A stretch of DNA of 63,086 nucleotides from Octopus sinensis (taxonomy: Eukaryota). Position numbers and translations under genes: made by a program. Location: positions 1-63,086 of the forward strand of contig NW_021833821.1 in the NCBI RefSeq assembly GCF_006345805.1, given 5' to 3'. The notes below the pieces were generated by a model. The model saw only the letters and a program-made list of their open reading frames with translations. It did no database searches and was not told the DNA's origin. This document shows, in pieces, positions 26,149 through 40,423 of this stretch; positions within the stretch are counted from its first letter, which is position 1, and every line of letters begins with the position of its first letter.

Positions 26149-26713
26149 CCTTCTTCTTCTTCTTCTTCTTCTTCTTCTTTTCTTCTTCTTCTTCTTCTTC
26201 TTCTTCTTCTTCTTCTTCTTCTTCTTCTTCTTCTTGTCCTTCTTCTCCTTCTCCTTCTTCTCCTTTTTTTTCTTCTTCTTCTTCTTCTTCTTCTTCCATT
26301 TCTTCTTCTTCTTCTTCTTCTTCTTCTTCTTCTTCTCCCACTTCTTCTCCTTTCCTCTTCTTCTTCTTCTTCTTCTTTCTTCTTCTTATTCTTCTTCTTC
26401 TTCCTCCTCTTCTTATCCTTCTTCTTCTTCTCCCTCCTCTTCTTCTCCTTCTTCTTCTTCTTCTTCTTCATCACCCTCCTCTTCTCCTTCTTCTTCGTCT
26501 TCTTCTTCTTCTTCTTCTTCTTCTTCTTCTCCCACTTCTTCTTCCTCTTCTTCTTCCATTTCTTCTTCCTCTTCTTCTGCTTCTTCTTCTTCTTCTTCTT
26601 CTTCTTCTTCCTTTTCATCTTCTTCTTCCTCTTATTTCTCTTCTTCTTCTTCTTCTTCTTCATCTTCGTCGTCGTCGGCTTCACCATCATCATTATCATC
26701 ATCATCATCATCA
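26149..26713. repeat. ~560-bp (CTT)n polypyrimidine tract grading into (CGT)n and (CAT)n
   Basis: Direct reading. Confidence 0.95.
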
Positions 26714-26923
26714 TATATTTATATTTACATATGGAATATGAGGGGTTTAGTTTACTGGTGATCTAACCGAATACGTACGCTGAGTAAATGCTGTAGCTGG
26801 TCGTCATTTTTCTCCCACTTGTCTTCTTCTGACTACATTTACCCGCTATTCTTCTATTTACCCATTTATTCTATATCAATACTTGTAAACTATAAATGTG
26901 ACCCGTCTAGAATTTGCATACCT

Positions 26924-27000
26924 TGTCTCTGATGAAGGAATATCCAGTGCGTGGACATGCTAACCTACCACTTAGGTTATCACCGAAACGGCTGTAGTAT
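26924..27000 (+). ncRNA. Degenerate hammerhead-like motif with branched stem II
   Basis: TGTCT CTGATGA A GG..(hairpin TAACCTA-CCACT-TAGGTTA)..CC GAAA C GGCT GT A^; the stem I 3' strand no longer pairs. Confidence 0.45.
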
Positions 27001-27631
27001 TTTCTCGCCTTGTTTCATATTTATGTATATACAAATATATATGCTGTATGTGTATGTGTGTGTGTGTATGTGTGTATGTGTGTGTGTATTTATTTCCAGC
27101 CAACTCCTGGCAATGGTATTCTTGTGTTTACGTTTTCGTAAATTATCGATCGTTAGAATATATACCGGGCTTTAAAACGCAAGAACTGGTTTCGATTCTT
27201 TTGTCTAAAATTCTTGGAGACGGTGCCTCAGCATGACTACAGTCTAATAAATAAATCAACTAAACAATTATATACAGCCATATATATAATCAGTTTTCAA
27301 TTTCTGTAGAAAGAATTTCCTACCTATTATCAATTTTAATATAATTTTTACATTTCTACAGAAAAGAATTTCTAAAAAAAAAAATTCCTCCTAAAAAGAA
27401 ATAATAAAACAAACGTTAATATTTTTTTGGTTTTGTCAGAAAAATCTATAAGAATTCTGCTTGTTTCTTTTATTGCTTTATATTGTTGGTTTTTTAAAAT
27501 TCATTTCCAACATTGGAAGATATTTCTTTAGTGAATCGTACAGTTTCATGAAGCTGCAACAAAATGAAAGAAGATAGGTATGTATCTGTCCTATGTATGT
27601 ATGTGTATATATATATATATATATATAATAT

Positions 27632-27673
<42 letters not shown>

Positions 27674-27800
27674 TATAGAATATTATATATATACATATAT
27701 ATATATGTATTATATTATATATATGTGTGTGTGTGTGTATGTGTGTCTGTGTTTATATGTATATATGTATATATATATATATATGTGTATACATATATAA

Positions 27801-27845
<45 letters not shown>

Positions 27846-28919
27846 GTACTTATACATACATGTTTGAGATGGTATGCTTATACATATATATGATGTATAA
27901 ATGCACACTTTTGTACGTTTGTGGTTTTATGCATATAGCTGTGTGACCATGATGTATGTATGCGTACGGATGCACACATAAACGTATATATACATACATA
28001 CATATATATATATCCGTAAATGCGCAATATATCGAAATCACTAACAAGTAGCTAGTCTGTGCTATTAGCTCTAACGCTATTTGCACAGAAATCAGCCGCC
28101 TAATTGTCTACTCCGAACAGGACTAATTAAATCTACTTTTCTGACCCGTCACACACCGGATGATCGTCGATCAGAAAATCGAGCCAAAGAGACTTTTAAA
28201 AGCTTCAGATAACCTCCTGCGTTTACTATAAATACAGACGTAATTGCTTTTCAATGAACCACATTATCGTCGCATTTCTTACAACGATGTAACGAAAGTT
28301 TAGTTTCCACATTTTCAAATTTCCACCACCGTTATTACATCACCATTCTGCGGCCTGCTTCTATTATTACTGTCTCTCTGTCTGCCTCTCTCTCTCTCCC
28401 TCTCTTTCTCTCTTCCATTTATCCTATATTTATTTATTTACTTTGAATTTTCACTGAAGTTTAATTTTCTCTATATTTTCATTTCATTTCATTTCCTAGT
28501 TACGTTCATTTATATCTACTTTCACTTTCGCGCTGCCGTCACTTACGCCATCTTTCTTTTTTTTTTCTCTATCTCTTCTACTACTGTCTCATGTCTGTTC
28601 ATCTCTCTCCTCCAATCTATTCTCCTTGTTTGTCTTCTCCTTCAAATGTATCCGACAATCGCCATTGCGCCCCCCACTCACTAGTCAGAAATTTCTGTTT
28701 AATGTTATCTGATTTCACAGTAAACACGGCTAAATGTGAGTCATTTTATTTGCCAAAATTGATATGAATGTTGTGGTAAGCACTACGAAATTATCGGTAA
28801 AGACTCTTAATATTTGATAAATAATGTCTATTACGCCTATTTAATAAGATCTCTTACTCATATAGATTAATATACACCCACATGTACATAGATATAGCCA
28901 TTTGTAAATAGATATATAG

Positions 28920-29086
28920 ATTCATATATGTAAGCATGTATGTATGCATATATGTATGTGTGTATATATGTATGCATGTGTGTATGTGTGCACGTATGTA
29001 TGTATGTATGTATGTATGTATGTATGTATGTATGTATGTATGTATGTATATATGTATGTATGTATTTATGTATGTATGTATGTATG

Positions 29087-29120
<34 letters not shown>

Positions 29121-29126
29121 TGTATG

Positions 29127-29160
<34 letters not shown>

Positions 29161-29292
29161 TGTATGTATGTATGTAGGTATGTATGTATGTATGCATGCA
29201 TGCATGTATGTATGTATGTATGTATGTATGTATGTAGGTATGTATGTATGTATGCATGCATGCATGTATGTATGTATGTATGTATGTATGTA

Positions 29293-29328
<36 letters not shown>

Positions 29329-29835
29329 TGTATGTATGTATGTATGTATGTATGTATGTATGCATGTATGCATGTATGTATGTATGTATGTAGGTATGTA
29401 TGTATGTATGTATGTATGTACTATGTATGCAAGCTTGTATGTATGTACCCATGCATATATGCATGTATGTATGTGTATCAATGCATGTCTGTATGCATGC
29501 TTGTATTTATGTATATACGCATGCATATATGTATGTATGCATGTTAGTATGCTTGTATGTTGTATTATGTACGTATGTATGTACGCATGCATGTATGTAT
29601 ATATGTATATATTTATGTATGTACGCATGCATGCATATATGCATGTATGTATGTATTTATGCATGTTTGTATTTATGTATGTACGCATGCCTGTATGTAT
29701 GCATGTATGTATGCATGTTTGTATGTATGCATGTATATATGTATGTCTGTATGTATTATGCACGCATGCATGTATATATGTATATATGTCTGCCTGTATG
29801 TATGCATGTATTCATGTATGTAAGTATGTATGAAT
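28920..29835. repeat. ~900-bp degenerate (ATGT)n microsatellite
   Basis: Direct reading. Confidence 0.95.
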
Positions 29836-30501
29836 GGATGGATGGATGGCTATTTGGAAGAATGAATGGATGTGTTTATGAATACTCAAGAGTCCTCTAT
29901 TCATTCATAACCTCATTATCAAATTTCTCCTCCATATATGACTTGAAAATGTTTTAAATACATGTACATTTTCTCCCTGATGTCTCTCGTTGTGTCTGTT
30001 TTTCTTTACCTCCAGTCTAGCCTTGACTGAACTGGTCTATAACCTAATGCAATCCTTTCGTGGCTATTCGTTTTCGATTCCAGGCAGCGTGTTGTTCATA
30101 TTGGGCTGCACCAGCTAACACGTTCTTCATTTACATAAGACAAAACAATGATATTCCATGAAGTATTGGCTGTTGCTCTTTAAATTGATAAAGCAGAGAT
30201 GTGTCACAGACGTTTTTCTTGTCCTAACTGTTTCCTCTTTAAAGACACATCAAAGACAACGCTATTTAATATCTCGTTTCTACTTAGGCGAATACGCAAA
30301 GAATGGGGAGCAATTTTGTCACGATTTCTAGCAAACGATTTCCAGCAAATCAAGCAAGCACTTAACGGTTCCTTTGCTGGTGGGTTTCTGTGGCACCTTG
30401 TTCTCCTGCTAAATCTCAAATAAATCGATACAGTCGATCGCAGCAGAATAGATCACTTGTAAAAGGTTATGTGCACTACCTCCAACATGTCGAAGACACC
30501 C

Positions 30502-30535
<34 letters not shown>

Positions 30536-30620
30536 ACACATATATATATGTATACATGTATATGTATGTGTGTGTATATATTTATATATATGTACATGTA
30601 GATATGCATATATATACATG

Positions 30621-30659
<39 letters not shown>

Positions 30660-30674
30660 GTACACACCACCACC

Positions 30675-30710
<36 letters not shown>

Positions 30711-31080
30711 ATATATAATTATATATATATATATATTCATATATATATAAATGTATACGTGTGGGTGTGTTTGTATATATGACCTTGTAGCAGCACCAGG
30801 AAAAAAATCTATATTACCAGCAATAGTCTGGATTTATTACAGAACACTATCACCGTCGTCTTCCATATTCCTGCTTCTCAATCGAACCGATCGATTCACC
30901 TATGGTTCCACCAATGTCATAATTCTATATATCTGTCTACAAGGAAGGCAGCTTGGTTTAACCTCGAAACCTCTGTTTTCTAAAGAATAAAAAAAAAAGA
31001 ATGCTTTAGTGTCAAAGATTCATTTTCACATGGCCATTACTTCCACACTTCATAAAAAAAATGCCTTCTGCTATTTTTAG

Positions 31081-31130
<50 letters not shown>

Positions 31131-31135
31131 ATACA

Positions 31136-31552
31136 TACTCTTTACTCTTTTACTTGTTTCAGTCATTTGACTGCGGCCATGATGGAGCACCGCCTTTAGT
31201 CGATCAAATCGACCCCGGGACTTTGTAAGCCCAGTACTTATTCTATTGGTCTCTTTTGCCGAACCGCTAAGTGACGGGGACATAAACACACCAGCATCGG
31301 TTGTCAAGCAATGCTAGGGGGGCAAACACAGACACACAAACCTCCCCCCACATATATAATATATATATATATATATATATACATATATACGACGGGCTTC
31401 TTTCAGTTTCCGTCTACCAAATCTACTCACAAGGCTTTGGTCGGCCTGAGGCTATAGCAGAAGACACTTAACCAAGATGCCACGCAGTGGGACTGAACCC
31501 AGAACCATGTGGTTGGTTAGCAAGCTACTTACCACACAGCCACTCCTACGCC
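31136..31552 (-). mobile_element. SINE family A, full copy
   Basis: Reverse complement of the family A consensus. Confidence 0.9.
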
Positions 31553-31591
<39 letters not shown>

Positions 31592-31985
31592 AAATTTATT
31601 TTCGTTCATTCTGTCGCCCAATCCTCTCCTTTCAATACACAGAGGACGATTTTAATTTGAGATAACTCTCCACTTTTAAATATTTAGCTTTCATCAAAAT
31701 TCTCTCGAGACATCGTCGTTTTTATGTTTTCGTTAATTTCATTTTGTTTTCTTTTATTCATTTATATTTCCATTCATTTAATTATCCATCTGTTTATTTA
31801 CTTAATTATCTATTTTAGGAATATTTATTTATAGAAGTTCCCAATTAACTCCGCTTCTTCCACCAATGATGTAACCCTTTTTAATGACGGTAATGATATT
31901 TATATTTGTCTCGTGATTTTTTCAATATATTATCACTCCAAGAGTTTCTGCCAATAATAATAATAACAATGATAATAATAATAAC

Positions 31986-32031
<46 letters not shown>

Positions 32032-32629
32032 GAGAACTGTTGCTGCTCATGTATTTTAATATAACTTAAAAAAAAAATTAACGAACTATTGAGTTTGGTT
32101 TAATGGCCTACTAATGTATACTATGACTTTCTTTGCCCTAGGAGTCGGGAAGACACTCGGCAAGAAATGGAAGCAAATTTGAAAGAAGAAGAAAAAAAAA
32201 AATAATAATGATAATAATAATTGCATTTCTTTGCCATAAGGTGAAAGGGGGAGGAGGACAATTCAAAGACAAACATAAAGTCTGGGGATATATGGATATA
32301 ATGAAATTATAAAAGAGGAGAAAAGATGCAGGGTATACACTGACAAAAGGACATATAAATAGCATACAAACGTTTAAAAAAGGTGGCGGGGAGGATGAAA
32401 GAAATGTGGCCCTCCTGATACAGAAAGACCTCTCGGGATAATCGGAGAACCCCACTGTTTCCGAGATTTCCCTGAACACCAAGAGTAAGTGTCGTCTCCA
32501 ATTCTTTCTCTTCGACTCACAGGTCTACGGCTCACTACATCTTCAATCAACACTACAGGTCTACATTGTAGCTTCAGTCAAAAAAAAAAATCACGTTATT
32601 GGATACAGTGCGACGTCTTCAAAAAAATA

Positions 32630-32785
32630 ATGAGAATAAGAAATAGAAGTAGTAGAAGAAGAAGTAGGAGAAGAAGAAGAAGAGGAAGAAGAAGAAGTAG
32701 AAGGGGAAGAAGAAGTAGCGGTAGTAGAAGAAGTAGAAGAAGAAGTAGATGATGAATAAGAAGAAAAAGAAAAAAGAAAAAGGAA

Positions 32786-32841
<56 letters not shown>

Positions 32842-32893
32842 TAATAATAATAATATGATGATGATGATGATGATGATGTTGATGATGATGATA
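32630..32893. repeat. Compound microsatellite (AGA/AGT)n-(AAT)n-(GAT)n
   Basis: Direct reading. Confidence 0.9.
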
Positions 32894-32894
32894 A

Positions 32895-33470
32895 GTTTGG
32901 CATTAGGCCAGCAATTTCGTGGTAGGGGTTAAGTGGATTACATCAACCCAAGTGTTCAACTGGTACTTATTTTATCATCCCCGATAGGATGAAAGGCAAA
33001 GTCGACCTCGGCGTAAATTGAACTCAGAACATAAGACAGACGAAATGCCGCTAAGTACATCGTCCGGCGTGCTAACCATTCTGCTAGCTCGCCGCCTTGA
33101 TAATAATGATAATATTGATGATGAGGATGTTGATGATGATGATGATGACGATGATGATAAATGTGATGATGATGATGGTGATGATGATGATGATAACGAT
33201 GATGAGGAGGAGGATAATGATGATGGTGGTGGTGGTGATGGTGATGGCGGTGGTGGTGGTGATGATGATGAGGATGATAATAATTTCAAATTTTGGAAGA
33301 AGGCCAGCTATTACATCGACCCCAGTTCTCAATTGGTATTCATTTATTCGTCCTCGGAAGGATGAAAGTCAAAGTCGAGCTCGGCAGAAATCGAACTCAG
33401 GACACGAAGACGGACGTAAAGCCGCTAGGCATTTTTACACGGGGGTGCTAACGATTCTGCCATATCACCA
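32895..33470 (-). mobile_element. Two family B2 SINEs (32895-33098, 33283-33470) separated by (GAT/GGT)n
   Basis: Reverse complement of the family B core in both copies. Confidence 0.8.
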
Positions 33471-34044
33471 CAAACGACGACAACAACAACAACAACAACA
33501 ACAAAACTGGAATATCACTGTAGACACTGCCATGTAAAGGGTGAGGTGTGTCCCTCATCTGTGGAACCTATTGCCATCCAAATGGACTGAGCTGTTGACA
33601 GCGTTATTATATGTCTTGTCTCAAGGATTAAAAAAAATAAAAAAACAGCGAGAGCTGGATGCGTTCTGTTGAACTTTGCCATCGTTTCAGCTTGTGTAGC
33701 GCAATCCACTTTTATCGTGAAACATGGCCCTCCAAGCTGGAAGGCAAACAAACATAGAAAAACTAGATAGAAATCGTATATGAATAGATAAAAATATAAA
33801 CTCAGGCTGTGTGATAATCAGGTTGCAAGACTCGGTTATTTGGAAGGCTTCAAAAGATATTTGTTTTTTATATAGTTTCCTACTTATGCGATGGTTTAGC
33901 TTTGTGAAGTAGAAACCACGTGACAGAGATGATATGATAGAAAATAGAGGGGGTGGAGGAGGGCTGGTGGTGAAGTGTGTGTGTGAGAGAGATAGGGCGG
34001 TGGTGGGAAGGGCACAGTGTGCGAAATGACAATTGTATATTTGA

Positions 34045-34050
34045 ACATCC

Positions 34051-34095
<45 letters not shown>

Positions 34096-34271
34096 ATTTC
34101 ATCATCATCATCATCATCGTCGTCGTCGTCGTCGTTGTTGTCGTGTCAGCCCCGTCATCATCGGTCTCATAGGTTTGTGGTCATCATTGCAGACATCGTC
34201 GTCAATCAACATCACCAGAACCACTAACCATCATCATCATCATCATTTTCGCCATCATCACCATCATCGCT

Positions 34272-34310
<39 letters not shown>

Positions 34311-34405
34311 TTCATCAAGATCACCATCACCATCATCATCATCAACGTCATCATCAATATCATCAATATCATCGCCATCATCATCTTCACCATCATCATC
34401 TTCAC

Positions 34406-34461
<56 letters not shown>

Positions 34462-34960
34462 ACATCACCATCACTATCATCATCATCAACGTCATCATCA
34501 ATATCATCAATATCATCACCATCATCATCTTCACTATCATCATCCTCACCATCACCGTCATCATCACCATCATCACCACAATTATCATCCACATCACCAT
34601 CATCATCTTCAACATCATTCTGCTCCTCCTCCCCCTTCTCCTCCTCATCATCATAACAATCATCATCAACATCACCATCCTCCTCCTCCTCCTCCTCCTC
34701 CTCATCATCATCATTATCGTCATCACCATCATCGTTACTGCCATAGGAAGCGCCATCGTCAGCATCACCTTCAGAGATACCACTACCACCACAATAACCG
34801 GCATTTACATCTTCCTACTCCGCCACATCATCATCTTCATCTTTATCCGCATTTTCATAACATCCACCATCGCCATCGCTCTCATCCTTCTCCTCATCAC
34901 CGTCGCCATCATTGAAGAACTCCTCATCGCAGTCGCCATCATCAGCATTATCATCCTGAT
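34045..34960. repeat. ~900-bp degenerate (CAT)n/(CAC)n/(CCT)n trinucleotide field
   Basis: Direct reading; source of the poly-His, poly-Met and poly-Asp ORFs in the track. Confidence 0.95.
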
Positions 34961-35419
34961 CTTCAACTTAATTCCTTTCCACTTATCGTTCTTAATCCCC
35001 CCCCACCGCCACCACCTCTTCCAACACCTATGTCTCCATTCCTCTTCTGTTTCCTTCTCCTCTTCTTTAAGTGCAGCTGGAAGATGTTTAACGTAGGAGA
35101 CAAAATAACATTTAAACAACAAAATGAATTCCGCTTTCAACGCACACTCACATATATACACAAATACGAGCATATATATACACACATACGCACATTCGAG
35201 TATATATATATATATATATATATAACTACACAAATACGCACACATTTATACACACATATACACATATACACAACCATATACACGTATACACAACACATAT
35301 ACACACATTTATACACATATACACAACCATACACGGGCACATATACATTCCTGTGTGTAACAGTGTGTGTGTATATAAATAAATACATATATATATATTT
35401 ATATAGATCTTTATCTATA

Positions 35420-35520
<101 letters not shown>

Positions 35521-36180
35521 ATATATATATAAAATATATACATACATACACACATAATCATATAGACATACATATATACTTACATACATATATATATATG
35601 TATATGTATGTACACACACACGTACACACACATACACACGCACACACATACCAATACACAAAGAACTTCACTTACACACAATGGCTCACGCAAACAACAA
35701 GATTTCTATCTCTAAGTCTCGTTGATGATAATTATTCATAGATTTGAGAAAATATATTTTTATGATTTTTTCAATAAAATTTGCAAATAGAATTGTTTTT
35801 TTTTTTTACTTTTTGTACATTCATTTCACTCTTTTAAACACCACCTCACACATACAAACAAACACACATATATACACATAGACACACAACAGAAAATCCA
35901 TATACACTTCGTTGTTTCTTCGTGTTTTTGTTTGTCGTGGACGGTTAAATACAAGGAGGTTGGCCTAATGCGTCACTTGGTGTGACTTAAAATCATGGCA
36001 CTTTAATTGGTGACTATACATTAGTTCCAGAAATTCAGTCCAAGCCTTCAGTTTAAACATCACTCCATACCTACTCACCTGAGTCTGTATCATATGTTCT
36101 ATGCAGGACCTAATTCGGTTACTTAAAAGGTACACGAATATCAGTATCGTGCGCCGAGTGCAAAACCCCTTTATTTCCAA

Positions 36181-36570
36181 CTAGCAGTACCGCCCGGCGT
36201 TGCTCGGGTTTGTTTCGACCCTTTAGAATTGGAATTTTTGAAAAGTAAAAATGTTGCATTATGTAGCTTGTTATTCTCATTAAGTGAACATTTTTCTGGT
36301 TGAAATACACCGAAAAATGGCGACAGAGTAGTCAAAAAATCATAAAAAATAGGGATTTTCATAGAAAAAAGCACCTTTTTGATGTAAATAAATTTTGGTG
36401 TTAACATGGTCCGATTTGAATTTTATCTTCTACGGAATGAAGAGCAAGCCTTCTTCTATCATACTCTCAATTTTGGTCAACTTGCGCTGCAGGGTCTTGG
36501 AGGAGATAGTGTTAGTTGAAGGCTACCAAACCTGCCACACACAGACAACTTCAGCTTTATATAGAGAGAG
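36181..36570 (-). mobile_element. Non-autonomous Helitron-type element
   Basis: Reverse complement of 6382-6771; CTAG end at 36181-36184. Confidence 0.85.
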
Positions 36571-36937
36571 ATTTTTGTTTCGATATTTTTTTATGATCTG
36601 GGTCCGTGTGACTGCTGAATGCTCCTGGATATATACCACGTGCACTTGGTTGAACATCTTTCGTTTTCTTTGTAGCCATCATAGATTTTTGAGGTGGGTA
36701 GAACAGCATTGTTAAAGAGATACAATGGGACTTGTTTATTCTCTAGGCGTCATTGAATATCATGTTCGAATAACGTAGACATTTTGCGAAAATTTCTTTC
36801 TCGGAACATAAACACGAACATATATACATACACACATACACAAACAAAACCCCCACACACAAACACACACAAATACACATTCAAACAAACACTTATACAT
36901 GCGCATAGACACATAGAGGTACGCTATTCGTACAATT

Positions 36938-37336
36938 TATATATATATATATATATAAAGCTGAAGTCTGTGTATGGCAGGTTTGGTAGCCTTCAACTAA
37001 CACTATCTCCTCCGAGACCCTGCGGCGCAAGTTGACCAACATTGAGAGTATGATAGAGGAAGGCTTGCTATTCCTTCCGTAGGACAAAAAATTTAAATCG
37101 GACCATGTTAACACCAAAAATTATTTACATCAAAAAGCTGGGGGTGGGGGTTCTATGAAAATCCCTATTTTTGACGATATTTTGACTGCTGTGTCGCCAT
37201 TTTTCGGTGTATTTCAACCAGAAAAATGTTCACTTAAAGAGAATAACAAGCTACATAATCCAAATTTTTTACTTTTGAAAAGTTCCAATTCTAAAGGGTC
37301 GAAACAAACCCGAGCAACGCCGGGCGATACTGCTAG
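36938..37336 (+). mobile_element. Non-autonomous Helitron-type element
   Basis: Matches 6382-6771; hairpin CCCGAGCAACGCCGGG and CTAG at 37333-37336. Confidence 0.85.
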
Positions 37337-38299
37337 TTTGAAATAAAATTTAGTCGTGCAGTGTGTTTTACACAACAGCTTTCTACTTGCTTTGATGTTA
37401 TCACACTGCAGACAATTTTTCCCAGTATTTGCAACTCTTATGCATATCTCACACAAACATAACATCTATTTATGTATTTAGAATACTGAAATAAGCAAAT
37501 GTGCTTCGTGGAGACACTCTGTTGATTTTAACCCTTACCAAGTTATATACATATATTCCTATGAGAAGCCAAACTAAAAATCAACTAGAAATATCCGATA
37601 TTACAAGATCCACATTTATTTATAATTCTTTTCTTTTGCGCATAAAATATACAGATAGACATTTCTTTCATAACTCACGTATAATATTTCAAAATATATT
37701 CAAACGGATTATTCAAGAGAAAACAGGCTCGGATTAGTAATTGAATAATCTGAAACATACTATTCTCTGGATAATGGTATTATGAGTTTTTCTGTTATAA
37801 TATTGCTTTGAAGGATACTCGATATGTACTTGTTGAGTTTTCCAATTTATCCCTTCTATGTGAATGGAAACACCACATATATACTTACATAATGCAATTA
37901 GATCTTGTCTTTACAGCTGTTCCAAGTGATCTGTGATGTGGTTGGTAGATATAACAATGCATATTATGAAAGTAGGTGTAATAGCGGATGAATATTAGTC
38001 ATAAATATGAAGACAAAAGTAGGATTATCTACCACGAGATATTTCTTTTTATATACATAAATGTTAATTCTCGTGATGTCGTGAAATTGCTGCACGAAGC
38101 GTTCTAAATTCGTGTCAGAAAAAAAAAGGATAAGACTGTGGTGACAGGTCATGTTAAGTAACCTCCTGAGGGAGGATTATTCCTGGTGAACTTGGCGAGG
38201 CTTATGTTGAAACGGTAAAGGCTGAAATTGACTTCGGTGAAATTAAACCAAAAACGTAAAAAGTCAGTAGAAGAACTTCTAAGCATTTTGTCCGACGCA

Positions 38300-38376
38300 A
38301 TAAGTTACGGGGACGTAAACACACAAGCACCAGTTGTCAAGCGATGTTGGGGGGACAAACACAGACACACAAACAG

Positions 38377-38409
<33 letters not shown>

Positions 38410-38640
38410 AGGCGGCGAGCTGGCAGAAACGTTAGCACGCCGGGCGAAATGCGTAGCCGTATTTCGTCTGCCGCTACGTTCTGAGTTCAAACTCCGCCGA
38501 GGTCGACTTTGCCTTTCATCCTTTCGGGGTCGATAACTAAAGTACCAGTTACGCACTGTGGTCGATGTAATCGACTTAATCCCTTTGTCTGTCCTTGTTT
38601 GTCCCCTCTATGTTTAGCCCCTTGTGCGTAGTAAGTAAAG

Positions 38641-38715
<75 letters not shown>

Positions 38716-38880
38716 TACGACGGGCTTCTTTCAGTTTCCTTTTACCGAATCCAATGACAAGTCTTTGGTCGGCCCGAGGCTATAGTAGAAGACACTTGCC
38801 CAAAGTGCCACGCAGTGGGACTGAACCCGGAACAATGTGGTTGGTAAGCAAGCTACTTACTACACAGCCACTCCTACGCC
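38300..38880 (-). mobile_element. Family A SINE (body 38300-38400, head 38713-38880) split by a plus-strand family B1 SINE (38409-38645)
   Basis: Both halves match family A; the B1 copy sits in the internal (CA)/(TA) linker. Confidence 0.85.
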
Positions 38881-38895
38881 TATGAAATGTGTGAC

Positions 38896-39012
38896 GCTTA
38901 CAGCACATAGGTTTCCCAAGGGGTTACCCATTTAAGTACTCACTAGGCTCCACGTTGCTTAACTTCGGTGATCGGACGAGAACCGGTGCTCTCAACGTGA
39001 TATGGCCAAAAC
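38896..39012 (-). pseudogene. 5S rRNA pseudogene or 5S-derived sequence
   Basis: Minus strand GGCCATATCACGTTGAGAGCACCGGTTCTCGTCCGATCACCGAAGTTAAGCAACGT..AGTACTTAAATGGGTAACC..TGCTGTAAGC matches metazoan 5S; box C diverged, no oligo-T terminator. Confidence 0.85.
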
Positions 39013-39514
39013 TTTCAATAATAACAAAATCTTAAATGGATCCCCCAGGAGCATGAGTACCCCACCACCGTTCACAACCAATGATTTACAGAAACCAATA
39101 GAGAAAAAAAAAACATTTCCCATACCACTTTCAGCTGACAACGAATCAACAAACACCGAAGTTAGACAACAAACTCAAAAGCAAAACAACGGAGACTGAA
39201 GTGTTGTTATGTCAGACAGTGTTGGCATCAACAGTAAACGAACTTGTGACACTTGAAACCCTGAAATCTATGAAAACAATTATTTTACACAACTTGTAAA
39301 TTAGCGGTTTCATAAAAACAACACAATCGACTTTCTTTTCGACGGTTATGAACTGTCAGCGAATATTCTATATTTAATTTCATTTGTTTTATATATACAT
39401 TTTTTTTCATTTGCTATCATGTTAAGTAGTTTTGTATGTATATGTGCATGAGTATATACATTTCTATATGCATATATATTATACATACTTATATATATAT
39501 GCATATATACTTAT

Positions 39515-39548
<34 letters not shown>

Positions 39549-39857
39549 ATATATATTTATATACATATACATATATATATATATTATATATATATATATT
39601 CACATATATATAACCATATATATGTATATATATATAAATATTCACATATATATAAGTATAGTTATGTATAGTTATATATATATAAGTATGTGTAAATATA
39701 TATATATTCACATATATAGTTATTATTTATAGATGTATGTATATATATATATATGTATATATATGATATATATTATATATATATATATATGGTGTGTGTG
39801 GGGTATATATTATATATATTATATATATATATATATGTGTAGGTATATATATATATT

Positions 39858-39938
<81 letters not shown>

Positions 39939-40423
39939 AACACATCAGAGTATCGATTGTATTGCTTGACGGAAGTCTTATGTCAAACAACATTAGGCGA
40001 ATGTACTTCTGGTGTGTTTATCACTACACACGCGCACACTCCACAAACCTACACATACACACACACACACACACAGATACACAGACACAGACACAGACAC
40101 TCAGGTACGCGCGCAGGCACACATACCCACTCATACGGACGCGCATCCGCCTACACACACAGACGTACACGGACCTGATGAGAAAAGCTATCGATTTCCT
40201 AATGAATTTCTTTATCCTTACGTCTGAGAAGACCGTCGAGACGTGTTAGAAGCTGTCACGTTCGATTAGACCTTACGTCGTGTCACTAAGCGTACAGACT
40301 GTCAAAAAGCGACAACCGGTCAGGTTTAATTTACATTCATACATACATACATACATACTTATGTACATACATAGAAAGATATAGACGTACACACGCACAT
40401 GTATATATATATATAAATGTATA

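Noticed and set aside
30204-30419. Minus-strand ORF with CLICWKSFARNRDKIAPH resembling a C2H2 zinc finger
   Set aside because: Spacing to the His is off, there is no second His or linker, and no neighbouring fingers
36079-36170. Strong minus-strand splice donor CAG|GTGAGT suggesting an exon
   Set aside because: No convincing acceptor or coding signal upstream; the adjacent sequence is a Helitron end
38896-39012. Functional 5S rRNA gene
   Set aside because: Single dispersed copy, substitutions in box C and the 3' helix, no oligo-T terminator
40170-40255. CTGATGAGAAA..TTTC and TCTGAGAAGAC-C-GTCGAGACGTGTTAGA hammerhead-like fragments
   Set aside because: Core nucleotides are missing or altered (no GAAA, position 7 absent) and stem I does not pair; too degenerate to support
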